This document shows, piece after piece, positions 63,903 through 64,000 of a stretch of DNA of 64,000 bases. How positions within the stretch are numbered: position 1 is the stretch's first letter; every line of letters begins with the position of its first letter. The notes below the pieces were generated by a model. The model had not been told where the DNA came from, searched no databases, and worked only from the letters and a program-made list of their open reading frames with translations. This DNA is from Eledone cirrhosa. Lineage: Eukaryota. Position numbers and translations under genes: made by a program. Location of the stretch: positions 5,208,001-5,272,000 of the forward strand of contig OZ024743.1 in NCBI GenBank assembly GCA_964016885.1, given 5' to 3'.

Positions 63903-64000
63903 TTGGTGGTGTTGGGGGTGGAGATTTTTGTTGTTGTTGTTGTGGTGGTGGTGGTGCTGCTGCTGCTGGCGAGGTGTTGTTGATGGTGGTGCTGGTTATG
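63821..64000. repeat. Compound (GAT)/(AGT)/(GTT)/(GGT)/(GCT) trinucleotide repeats
   Basis: Direct reading. Confidence 0.9.

Overview
This is repeat-rich eukaryotic DNA, most likely from an octopus or other coleoid cephalopod. That is an inference from an [16 protein letters not shown]-type C2H2 zinc-finger remnant, the SINE families present and the dense microsatellites. (1) 1-10.6 kb: five coding exons of an intact HD-domain 5'-deoxynucleotidase gene (HDDC2, + strand; first exon not found). Its introns hold a decayed Gypsy LTR element, a dead full-length mariner, piggyBac-type MITEs and SINEs. (2) 10.6-20.2 kb: intergenic SINE/MITE field. (3) ~20.2-51.36 kb: a homogeneous ~31-kb array of an 89-bp, ~85% pyrimidine monomer (~350 copies). 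It contains exact 21-mer (1866 bp) and 32-mer (2838 bp) higher-order duplications, and its terminal units appear ancestral. (4) 51.4-64 kb: a possible promoter/first exon, then microsatellites packed with elements: a Tc1/mariner (DD37D-like) remnant, an RTE fragment, Penelope-like tails with minimal hammerhead ribozyme motifs, a perfect 134-bp palindrome, a non-autonomous Helitron, a 5'-truncated Tx1/L1 retrotransposon, an R4/Dong-like RLE fragment and a nested ~490-bp foldback. No prokaryote-type system (CRISPR, operon) is present. Family assignments rest on recognised motifs, not database searches.
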